Below, one piece after another: positions 50,188 through 59,700 of a stretch of 64,000 nt of DNA. Under the pieces are notes generated by a model. It was not told the origin of the DNA, did no database searches, and was given only the letters and a program-made list of their open reading frames with translations. Every line of letters begins with the position of its first letter. Positions within the stretch are counted from its first letter, which is position 1. The translations under genes were made by a program, and so were the position numbers. The DNA comes from an uncultured Gammaproteobacteria bacterium (lineage in GTDB: Bacteria; Patescibacteriota; Patescibacteriia; UBA10025; JAHIVO01): contig CAZVMV010000001.1 in assembly GCA_964628855.1 (NCBI GenBank), positions 77,145 through 141,144 of the forward strand. Direction: 5' to 3'.

Positions 50188-51939
50188 TTAAGTTTGGGTA
50201 GCTCGTAAAACTTCTGAAAGCGACGTTTTTCCTTCTAGCGCTTTCAGGATGCCGTCCTGGGCCATGGTCAGGATGTTCTGGCGTTTGGCCGTTTCCTTGA
50301 TGGCGTCGATCGTCGGATTAGTAACGATCACATTTTTCAGTTCTTCGTCAATTTCAATTATTTCGTCAATCAAAATGCGCCCCTTATATCCTGTATTTTC
50401 ACATCTCAGGCAACCCTGGCCTTCGTGGAACAGCAATTTTTCGGCGTTGTCGCCAAGCCTTGATTTCAGCATCTCAGGAGGAATATTAGACAGTTCCCGC
50501 TCAACTTTTTTCCTCAACTCCACAGGAATCTCATTAACCTTCTGGCAATACGGGCATAAACGGCGGACTAAGCGTTGGGCTACCACGGTAGTCAATGATG
50601 CGGTGATTAGGAACGGCTCAATTTTCATGTCAATCAGACGCGGAATGGCTCCGAACGCATCATTGGTATGCAAGGTGGACAATACCAGATGGCCAGTCAG
50701 TGCAGCATGGACACCCAACTCGGCCGTTTCATTATCACGGATTTCGCCGACCATGATGATATCCGGATCTTGGCGCAGGATAGAGCGTAGACCGGCCGCG
50801 AACGTTAAGCCAACCTCGGCATTTATCTGAGATTGATTCACGCCATTTATATAATACTCGACCGGATCCTCTAGAGTGATGATATTAATCGACTCGTCGT
50901 TTAGAATCGTCAATAACGCAGACAAAGTGGTTGATTTTCCCGATCCGGTAGGCCCGGTCAATAGGATCATGCCTACGGTCTTTTCTACCGATCGTTTCAT
51001 GACTTCCAGGTCACGACCTTCGAAACCGAGCTTTTCCAGGTCTAGGACGACTGCCGCACGATCGAGAATACGCATCACGACCTTCTCGTTCGAAAACAAC
51101 GGCAAGGTCGAAACACGGTAATCGATCACGCGCCCCTCCCACTCCGTCCTGAACCGTCCATCCTGCGGCACCCTAGTTTCGTCTAACTTAAGGTTTGACA
51201 AAACTTTGATACGGGCGACAATCGCGCCATGAACATATCGCGGTAAGACCAACGAAGTATGCAATACTCCATCAACACGATAACGGACGCGAGTCTCGTT
51301 TTCTACCGGTTCAATATGAATATCAGAGGCTTTCCCCTCAACCGCGTGGCGCAATATCACGGATACCATTTTTGAAACTGGTGCAGATTTCACCACTTCC
51401 TCCATCCCCTTTTCCTGGCCCATCATCTCGTCCAAGGCATCGCCATGCTTGTCCTCGGTGCTGGCCAAAGCCTCCTCCACCTCTGCTCCCAGTGTAGCGT
51501 ACTGTTTTGAAGCGTACTGGAAACCGCTCAAGGAAATGATGAAATATTTCACTTTATAATTGTTTTCCCTGGCGATATATTCGATCGCTTCGATTGCCTT
51601 GAAATCAGTCGGGTCAACCATGGCTACGCTTACATCCCCTAAATTTTTCTCAAAAGCGACGATATGGTAGTTTTCCGATAATTCTCTTGGTATCACATTC
51701 AATATCCCCTGCGTGATCGTCTTTCCAAACAGGTCCATATACGGTACGCCCAGTACTTTGCTCTTGGCCTTCACTAAATCTTCCTCTGCCACATAGCCGC
51801 GTTTCATGATCTGGTCTATCAATTCAGCTTCACTGTGTGTTTGGGACTGCAAATCAGCCAGCTTGTCCGGCGGGATCAGGCCTTGTTCAATTATGATATC
51901 AATAACAGTTTTTCGTTGTGTATTATCTGTGTCAGTCAT
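50188..51939 (-). CDS. pilB: Type IV pilus assembly ATPase PilB (GspE family)
   Basis: ASDIHIEP, PQDGR, GPTGSGKST, LEDPVEY, LRQDPD, GHLVLSTLHTN, zinc CxxC pairs. Confidence 0.96.
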   Translation of the reverse strand: MTDTDNTQRKTVIDIIIEQGLIPPDKLADLQSQTHSEAELIDQIMKRGYVAEEDLVKAKSKVLGVPYMDLFGKTITQGILNVIPRELSENYHIVAFEKNLGDVSVAMVDPTDFKAIEAIEYIARENNYKVKYFIISLSGFQYASKQYATLGAEVEEALASTEDKHGDALDEMMGQEKGMEEVVKSAPVSKMVSVILRHAVEGKASDIHIEPVENETRVRYRVDGVLHTSLVLPRYVHGAIVARIKVLSNLKLDETRVPQDGRFRTEWEGRVIDYRVSTLPLFSNEKVVMRILDRAAVVLDLEKLGFEGRDLEVMKRSVEKTVGMILLTGPTGSGKSTTLSALLTILNDESINIITLEDPVEYYINGVNQSQINAEVGLTFAAGLRSILRQDPDIIMVGEIRDNETAELGVHAALTGHLVLSTLHTNDAFGAIPRLIDMKIEPFLITASLTTVVAQRLVRRLCPYCQKVNEIPVELRKKVERELSNIPPEMLKSRLGDNAEKLLFHEGQGCLRCENTGYKGRILIDEIIEIDEELKNVIVTNPTIDAIKETAKRQNILTMAQDGILKALEGKTSLSEVLRATQT

Positions 51940-51954
51940 ACTTATTTTAATTAC

Positions 51955-52851
51955 CTATGGTTGAAAAGGATTTTCGCGGTATGGGGCCGCCATTACGTCA
52001 GTAGATGATTCATTGCCGCTCGCGTCCACTCCGGTCACTGTGTAGAAATATGGGACGTTCGGGATGACCGTATCTAGAATATATTGCATATTTTCCGAAT
52101 CGTTCTGAATGTCGGCGCTTACCAAATTGCCAAGGAGTCCCCGTTCACTGGATTTGTAGATATGGACCGTACTGAAATCAGGGTCCAGAGGCACAAGCCA
52201 AGAGATTTTCACCTGACTGTCCGTCACATTCTGCACCGTTACATTCAATGGAGCGCTAGGCGGAAACGTGTCATGGGGCGTACCGGGAAATTGCTGGCCA
52301 TTTTTTGAAACAGCGCCCTCGGCATTGACCGTTAGAACGATATAATAATAAGTTGTGAGGTTAGCTAGATCGTGATCAGTGTAGTTCTGCAATGTGTCAG
52401 TAGCCTTCACCGTGGCGGTGTAAACTTCCTCCCCCAGAACGCCGACCTGCTCAGAACGGTACACTTTCACGGTAGTAAAATTTTTCTGTAGAGGAAGCTG
52501 CCAGCTGACGAGCAGGCGCCCACCCGTGCCAGGATCAGTGACGGCAATCTTTTCTGGCGCAAGCGGTACGTCAGCATCTAAATAAACTCCGGAAAGCTGT
52601 TCGGCAAACCCTGGGGCATTTTTTTCCATAAACGTCCCGATTTGTGCATCATTAAGCAGTCCTTCATTAAGCGGTGTTACTACGACCGGCTGCTCCAACG
52701 CGGTCAGGGTAGTATCCGGTACAGTATTCGTAACTGAAGGCTTGGCAAAATATGTACTATAAATGAAATATCCGCCCGGGAGCAAAAGGGTGCAAAAAAT
52801 TATCAATAATATTTTCGTCCTTTTATTTAACCCCGTTTTTTGCACTAACAT
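51955..52851 (-). CDS. Membrane-anchored fibronectin type III-domain protein (in the pilP position)
   Basis: N-terminal TM; two FN3-like units (VSW...VYRS...YYYIV..V; ISW...IYKS...YFYTVTGVDASGNES). Confidence 0.8.
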   Translation of the reverse strand: MLVQKTGLNKRTKILLIIFCTLLLPGGYFIYSTYFAKPSVTNTVPDTTLTALEQPVVVTPLNEGLLNDAQIGTFMEKNAPGFAEQLSGVYLDADVPLAPEKIAVTDPGTGGRLLVSWQLPLQKNFTTVKVYRSEQVGVLGEEVYTATVKATDTLQNYTDHDLANLTTYYYIVLTVNAEGAVSKNGQQFPGTPHDTFPPSAPLNVTVQNVTDSQVKISWLVPLDPDFSTVHIYKSSERGLLGNLVSADIQNDSENMQYILDTVIPNVPYFYTVTGVDASGNESSTDVMAAPYRENPFQP

Positions 52852-52861
52852 AATTCTACGC

Positions 52862-53443
52862 TTATTGATAATAAGTCGTTAGGTTGAGCGTATAGGCGCT
52901 GCTCCCCGGCAAGTATGATAGAGAGTTGAGCTCAAAGAAAGGCACCGAATTGCTCAGCTGGTCCAGAAAATTCTTCAGACCGGCATAACTCTCCAAACCG
53001 TCAAAACTGACGGTGATGTTCAGTTTCCGAATAACCGGCACCGCCGCCCCAGCACTCGCATTCGTGCTCGAGAATGCCCCACTGTCTATCGTTACGAGTT
53101 CCAGGCCGTTATCAGTTATCAGTTGCTTCAGCTTCATAATCACATAGGGCAGATCAGCCTCATGCGGCAATACTGATTGGATATGCTTCAATTGACTGTA
53201 GTCCAAGGCCTCATATTGTTTTTTCAGGTTCTTTAGTTTATCCAGCGCCCGTTGCTGCTGGTCGATAATTTGTTGTTTATTCTCAATGTCCGCCACGCCC
53301 ACCACCCTGATTTTGTCGACTGTTTGTTTGACAAAAAACCAGTAGCCGCCAGCTAAGATGACCAGCACCAACGCAATGACGATGCCGATATAATAGCGGT
53401 TAATGAAGGCTAGGACTGATTTTAATATTTTCCCCTTTTCCAT
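52862..53443 (-). CDS. pilO: PilO-like protein
   Basis: TM, coiled coil, LP.E..LP, SY..LKNFL..L, TYY end; follows the pilN-like gene. Confidence 0.78.
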   Translation of the reverse strand: MEKGKILKSVLAFINRYYIGIVIALVLVILAGGYWFFVKQTVDKIRVVGVADIENKQQIIDQQQRALDKLKNLKKQYEALDYSQLKHIQSVLPHEADLPYVIMKLKQLITDNGLELVTIDSGAFSSTNASAGAAVPVIRKLNITVSFDGLESYAGLKNFLDQLSNSVPFFELNSLSYLPGSSAYTLNLTTYYQ

Positions 53444-53449
53444 AGGTGG

Positions 53450-55354
53450 TTATTGAGGCCAATAAAATATTGTCGGCGTAATCATGAGATTGACGGAAAA
53501 TTTTACGGTGTCCTGTGTTTGCGCGATTAGTAGGCTGCCGCTGCCGGCTCCCAGGCAATTCGTATCCTCGGTGAAACAGATGCCGGTCACGGTTACCTTG
53601 GTCACGAAATCGGTGGCGCGCTTGAAGACTTCGAATTGTTTTATGGCTGATTCATAATCCTGGCCGATGGCTGCCAGCGAAACGCTGCCATTGACATCCG
53701 CGGTCAACGAAGTGAAATAAACGCCGGAAACTGTATAATTTTCTAGCTTGTTGAATATCCCGGACCAATAGACGTGCTTCTTTATCAATGTATCAATATT
53801 TCCCATTACTTGATTTAAATTTCGCACCTCTTCCTGCAATTGCTGGTAACTGTTTATTTCAATGCGGTTACTGGCAATCTGGCCGTTTAATCCGCTCACT
53901 TTTGCGGAAACATTTGAATAATAATAATTTGCCACTACCCATCCGCCAAAAACTATTCCGACAGCAATGATAATGCTCAATATGCCAACAAGAATTTTTG
54001 AAATGGGCAGGGCTTTTTCAATGATCTCTTCGGGCACCAGGTTCACTTCCCATTCGATCGGACTTAACATTTTGCCGGCGCCCTTTACGTCGGTCAATTT
54101 GACTCCGGGAATATTCTGCACCGAACCAATTTGTTTCAATGATGACTTTTTGGATGATATTTTTTTACCGCTGAATAAATCTTTGATTGCCTTCCAAAGT
54201 TTTTCCCACCACGAAACCTGGTCCACCTTTACTTCACTTGCCTTTTCTGCCGGGGGTGGCGGTGGGACGATTGGCGGGGCAGTTTTGATCGACGGGGGTG
54301 GCGGTGGTTTAGGCGTACTAATTATTGGCGTAACTACTGACTGACTCTGGACTGGTTTGACAGGCATGGGTGGAATAAATTCTTTGACCGTTTGTTTCGG
54401 TGTCTCGAGAATTTTATTTATATTTGGTTCTGGCCGGGTGAAAGGCGGCATGATTTTGTGAGGCACTGCACTATCACGATGCAACATTGGCTGCGGGATA
54501 AATGTTGGCGCTGATGGCGCAGCAACTTTTTGCTCAACACGCGCCACGATCGGCGGTTCTGGAGTTTTGATGAGCTTCTCTGGCTCTACGGGGGTCATGG
54601 AAATAATTTTTTGTTTGGGGGCGCGGACAAAAAATTTCTTAAACCAGTTAGCTATTTTTTTCCAAAATGATACTTTGGGCGCTTTCGGCTGTAGGGCCGG
54701 TATGGAAGTTTGCTTTATCACTTTGAATGCCGGATCAATTTTTGGGAAGCCTTCATGAGGAATATCAAAACGACGACCGTTAGTAGTGACCTCGGGCATT
54801 GTAACGCCATTATCCGGCTTCCTGCCATTCGTCGTGACGGTGATGACTTCGGTCGGTTTTGGTTTACGCACAGGTTCGACGGCTGGAATTTTTTCTGCGC
54901 GGATGGGCTGGTACTTTGGGAATGCATCTTTGGCCGTAACCGGAGGTACACTAGGCGCTGGCACCAGCGCTTTCGGTTTGCCGCCAAACATGGAGCTGAA
55001 AAAATTACTCATGCGTACTCCGAACGGTTTGGAGCTGCGGACCTGCATTCTTTCCTGTTCTGGCGCGACCATCTTTATTATCGGCCGTGGTGCTGGTTGC
55101 GGTTTGGGTTTCTCATAAACCAATTTCTCCTCGACCATCACTTTTTTCTCGGGCCACTGTTTTTCTGCATCAGCCACAACAGGCTTCGGCTTGGCGAAAG
55201 CCTGTTTGAAAAAACCCAAAACTCCGCCCCGCTTGATGGCTGGCTTACTTTTTTCAAGCTTAACAGGCCCAGTCATCTCAACGATGGGCGTGGGTTGGTA
55301 TTTTATTTTTCCCGTTTTAATTTTTTCCTCCGATGGGAGGAGGTTTATTGACAT
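53450..55354 (-). CDS. pilN: PilN-like protein with a ~430 aa Pro-rich N-terminal extension
   Basis: INLLP at the N-terminus and VNLVP before the TM; coiled coil; H..WS..F..LE; lies between pilM and pilO. Confidence 0.78.
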   Translation of the reverse strand: MSINLLPSEEKIKTGKIKYQPTPIVEMTGPVKLEKSKPAIKRGGVLGFFKQAFAKPKPVVADAEKQWPEKKVMVEEKLVYEKPKPQPAPRPIIKMVAPEQERMQVRSSKPFGVRMSNFFSSMFGGKPKALVPAPSVPPVTAKDAFPKYQPIRAEKIPAVEPVRKPKPTEVITVTTNGRKPDNGVTMPEVTTNGRRFDIPHEGFPKIDPAFKVIKQTSIPALQPKAPKVSFWKKIANWFKKFFVRAPKQKIISMTPVEPEKLIKTPEPPIVARVEQKVAAPSAPTFIPQPMLHRDSAVPHKIMPPFTRPEPNINKILETPKQTVKEFIPPMPVKPVQSQSVVTPIISTPKPPPPPSIKTAPPIVPPPPPAEKASEVKVDQVSWWEKLWKAIKDLFSGKKISSKKSSLKQIGSVQNIPGVKLTDVKGAGKMLSPIEWEVNLVPEEIIEKALPISKILVGILSIIIAVGIVFGGWVVANYYYSNVSAKVSGLNGQIASNRIEINSYQQLQEEVRNLNQVMGNIDTLIKKHVYWSGIFNKLENYTVSGVYFTSLTADVNGSVSLAAIGQDYESAIKQFEVFKRATDFVTKVTVTGICFTEDTNCLGAGSGSLLIAQTQDTVKFSVNLMITPTIFYWPQ

Positions 55355-55472
55355 ACCTGGGTTTTATTTTTGTTTTTTCGGAGCAAATGTAAAAGCCGGT
55401 ATTTTTGTGGCAATTTACCGAACTCCGCCGCTGCTTCTTTATTTGCAAATAGCGGTATTTATTTACATATAT

Positions 55473-55501
55473 ATTGTAGCATATCTAGCAAAATTAGTCA
55501 A
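55473..55501 (-). promoter_or_regulatory. Internal promoter upstream of pilN
   Basis: TTGACT-17 nt-TACAAT with TG extension. Confidence 0.65.
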
Positions 55502-55576
55502 TACCTGAAAACAATTATCTTCAAAATTTATCCTATTTTAATTAATAAATAATTCTTTGTCATATTTTTATTTAAT

Positions 55577-55605
55577 AAAAAACAATGGGTTTTTCGCCCA
55601 TTGTT
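55577..55605 (-). terminator. Terminator after pilM
   Basis: AACAATGGG-cgaaaaa-CCCATTGTT followed by a T-tract. Confidence 0.75.
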
Positions 55606-55624
55606 CAGTATGTTTTATAATAAA

Positions 55625-56734
55625 TTACACTATTTCCCGCATTGCCAGTCCGATCGAAACCGCCATCCTAGGGCCCAGCTCCTTCAATAATGCGTCGATT
55701 TCTACCGGATGAATGACTCGTGCCCACGGATCACCGATAAACGACTTGATGTTGAATATCCCCTCGATCGTGTTTGGCATATTCGCTAAAAATGAGGAAC
55801 CGCCGGTCAAAATGACTTTCGTGATTGGTTTCTTGTTCTGATTCTGATAAATGTTCAGGATATAACGGATCTCATTAATTATGGAATTTATGACGTAGCT
55901 CACCGGTTTCGGAAGTTTGCTGATTGATTCTGACGTCACCGACATCCCGACGTCACGCTTGAATTGCTCGGCTTGCTCCTGGGTCAGTCCCATAGTTTCC
56001 TGCAATGCGCGCGTAATTCCCTTACCACCAACGTCAATACTGCGGTTTAAAATCGGAACGCCGCTAGAAAAAATTATTATACTGGAAGTCTGACTGCCGA
56101 TATCTATCACCATCACCGGGTTCATGTCATTGCCGACCAGCGAACGTTCGAGCGCAAAAGATTCCGTTTCCAGCCCGACCAGCTGCAGCCCGACCAGTTT
56201 GAAAAGCTCTACATACCGGTTGACCAAATTTTTCGGGGCAGCCGTCATCAATATCCGTAAATTTGTTTTTGCTGGCGTGGCGCCAATTTCTTTTTTGTCA
56301 TTTTTTACATCTTTTTTCCCGTCGGAGTTGGCTTGCGGGGCAGCGGCCTCGCCAGGCTCTTTCAAAACTTCCCAGTCGAGAATCATTTCTTCAAGCGGGA
56401 TCGGTACGAATTTTTTCGCTTCCCAGCGGATGGCAGAGACCAAATCCTTATCCTTCATAGCCGGCAGGTTGATGATGGAACTGAACACTGAAAATGACGG
56501 CAAGGCTGCAATTGCGGCAGTAGCCCCAGCCCTGGTCTGTTTCATCAGCTCCTGTAGCTGGTTGGCGATTGCCGCTCTGGCAGCCGGATTGTCATCCTTG
56601 ATGATATTGTAAGTCTCGTCGATAAAACCATAAGTAACCAGCTGTGGTCGCCCATTTCCGGCGTTACGCAGTTCGACCAGTTTGATGCTGGCACCACTGA
56701 GATCGATACCGAGATAATTTAGATTTTTTGCCAT
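55625..56734 (-). CDS. pilM: Type IV pilus assembly protein PilM
   Basis: GIDL...IKLVEL, IRWEAKKFVP, VIDIGS, AEQFKR, ILTGGSS, IGLAMR. Confidence 0.95.
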   Translation of the reverse strand: MAKNLNYLGIDLSGASIKLVELRNAGNGRPQLVTYGFIDETYNIIKDDNPAARAAIANQLQELMKQTRAGATAAIAALPSFSVFSSIINLPAMKDKDLVSAIRWEAKKFVPIPLEEMILDWEVLKEPGEAAAPQANSDGKKDVKNDKKEIGATPAKTNLRILMTAAPKNLVNRYVELFKLVGLQLVGLETESFALERSLVGNDMNPVMVIDIGSQTSSIIIFSSGVPILNRSIDVGGKGITRALQETMGLTQEQAEQFKRDVGMSVTSESISKLPKPVSYVINSIINEIRYILNIYQNQNKKPITKVILTGGSSFLANMPNTIEGIFNIKSFIGDPWARVIHPVEIDALLKELGPRMAVSIGLAMREIV

Positions 56735-56745
56735 ATATTTTTTAT

Positions 56746-59700
56746 TTATGGAGTGACGCGATGGTAGACCGGCAAAGCCTGAATGAAATCGACGAGACCG
56801 GGCGGAGTGTTCGCCACTACCCTCCCATCATACAGTATCTGTTCGGCCGGATCAAGATTCTTCATGTACTTGCGGTCAAAATTGTAGCCGGTACCGGCCA
56901 CGAACAAACCGGAAACAGATAACGGAATCTGATAATCAATAGCTAGTGTTGTAGAGTTCTTCTGCAGACATCGTGTTTCCCCCGCTGCGGCGATAAGTTC
57001 GGTCGTATCACTGCCCCGACGTATGCGCAGGTCAAATTCTGAAATACCAGCAACACCCGGACGGTATGTCGTACGCGCAATAAACGCATTGATCTGACGA
57101 GTAATATCAGAAAACGCGACCTGTTGGTTGTTCCCAAAAGCATTCAAAGACACGTTTTGTGCCACTTCGCTTACCTCTGCAGTAAGCGGCAATGCCCACG
57201 GGGCTCCGGCAGTTGCCGTAATCTGTGCTGCGGTGGGATAATTTTGCAATAATCCCTGACGTAATTCCATCGCAGTAGTGCCGGCTGCACACATAGTCGT
57301 ATGTACCTGGGCTTTCAATATTTCCGCATTTATAGGGATGCTAATCGGGAATTGCAGATACGCGCGTTGGGCTGTCGTACCGTTCCAGCCGAATAATAGG
57401 TTTTGGGTAGACGAATCAGTGGTCGTACTTGTTACGGTTGATCCTATTGGTGGCGGCGTGGTCGGATACGTTGCCCGCCGAGGTGAATACTCGATTACCA
57501 GCTGTGGCGCGTTGGTTGCCGCAGAGTCGTAGGTCTGGAATCCACGGGATTCACCCGTCGCCGCATCCCCTTCTTTTATTACTAAACCCAGATAGTTACC
57601 GGCGGAATAATTATCCTTGCTGACAAAACGCTGAATGATGGCTTTCAGGTCCGGAGTCTGGTACCATGTGCCGGATACCCAGTTGCTGTTGATCAGGAAA
57701 TTGACGCTGTTCGAAGTCGCAATATTATATAAAGTGGGATTCGGCGAACTGGTGAAATTTAGCGTGCTCGCATTCTCCCCGTCGATCAGATACAGGCGGG
57801 CATTGAAATCACCAATACCTGAACCGTTACTCCTCAAACGTAAATAGGCGCTCTTGATCTCTGCCCCGGCTGGTACACCCAACGGGAACCTCAAGAAAGA
57901 ACGATTTGTCGTACTGGCGCCAGGTCTGCCGAAACTACTGGCTACATCCTGATAAGCGTTCAAATATGTGGAACCGTCATACGATACGAAAGTATCGTCA
58001 ACCGATTCAGTATATGAATATGAAGGCGCTTTTCTACCTGTGCTGATTATGCCCTCCAGATTCTCCACCACAGTTGTGGTCGTAGGATCATCAGCAGTCG
58101 AAGGATTATCAATGGCTGCAACCACCGAGGATACTTTACTGATCAGTGAATTGATATAGACATTTCCTCTGACGATGATGGCGGCAGACGGCAACTCGAC
58201 TAAATTCGTTATATGAGGATCATCACATGTTCCACTACCACAATCCGCATCCACCCGGCAAACTGAATTGTCGCTGCAACGTTTGTCGTAATAGATGTTT
58301 GCATTTATTTCCAGATTGCCGTCAACGACAATTACTCCTGCTCCGGAAGTTGCCGGATTTGTAGAATCATCACCCTGTAGGAATGTCATGTCGCTATTAA
58401 TGGTATATGTCGGCTGTCCGTGGAAATAGTAAACCTTATTTCCCAGAACCGTATTGCGAGCCGGCAGGCCGGTCCAGGTGAAGGCACCGCTAGTGCTGAT
58501 ATCCGTGCCCACTCCTTCGACAACAGTTGTGCCGTGCCTATTCTTACTGCCATTGGTGCGGCCGACCAGGCCATTTACATCCAGCTTCGCTAGCAGATCT
58601 GCGCCAAGCGTCTGGATGGATGGCTGGTTCTGGACTAATGGGCTGAAACCTGGCTGTTCCGGCAACTGAGATGTGGGTGAGCCGGTAGTAGTGCCGCCAT
58701 AATAACCAGAGATGCCGCTGATGGCGCCGCCTGATTCAATCAAATATGTCGAGGTATAATCGCCTGTACCGCGTGGTGGAGGTGCGAGGGAAATGTTCTG
58801 GCTGGCATGGATGTCGGCGAACATTGTCTTCACCCACGGTATGCCCAATAATGCACCGGCGGGCATAAATTCTACCCAACCATTCCCACCCTGCGCAATG
58901 CCCGGCGACCACAAGGAATAATCAATATTATTTTTACCGCAGTAATAGAGCTCAAACGTATCCCAGCCGTAATCCAAACATTGTGGGTAAACAGTGTCAG
59001 TACATTCGTTTGATGAATGGTAGTTTTTAAGTACACCGGTATCCATGAGTCGTTTCTCAATATGCCAATTAGCTGTGCTCGTTAAGCTCATTTCCGGAAT
59101 GTTACCAACGGCATACATATATGTACCATCAATAGCGAAACCATTTATCCCATAATCTCCCGATGGATTATTCAATTCCATCGCCCCATTACTTAGCACG
59201 ACATTGCCTGGCTGGGAATAACCCCACCCATTTGTAGTTGCAGTGCTAAAAGGCGTTCCAGAATTTTTATCCCATTTTTGGTAATGCCAGCGCGGGGCGC
59301 CACCGGCGTACAGATATGTTCCGTCAACTGACAGGGCTACTGCTGAGTCTGACGAAGTGGATGAATACTGGATAAATCCGCCCGTGCCAAACCCGGCGTC
59401 TGGAGAGCCGGTCACTTTGTCGTATTTTCCGATAAGCAAATTTAATGTCCCGCTGAAAATGTTACCTCCGACATACAAAGACTGGCCATCCAGGATTATA
59501 TCTGAGGCAAAATAAGAATTTGCCGGACCGGTCACCGCCCCGCCGGTACCAAAGGCTGGCTCTAGGGTGCCATTATCAAGTCGGCGTTTCTCGATGCGCC
59601 ATTTGTCCGGACCCGAACCAGAAGTATTGGCATTCGAGCCGGCGATGTACATGTATGTACCGTCGGCAGTTATGCTGAATATCGCATTGTCGCAACCCGG

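Noticed and set aside
54710-55552. Plus-strand ORFs of 213, 110, 105 and 60 aa
   Set aside because: They are antisense to pilN or lie in AT-rich promoter DNA, and have no recognisable motifs.
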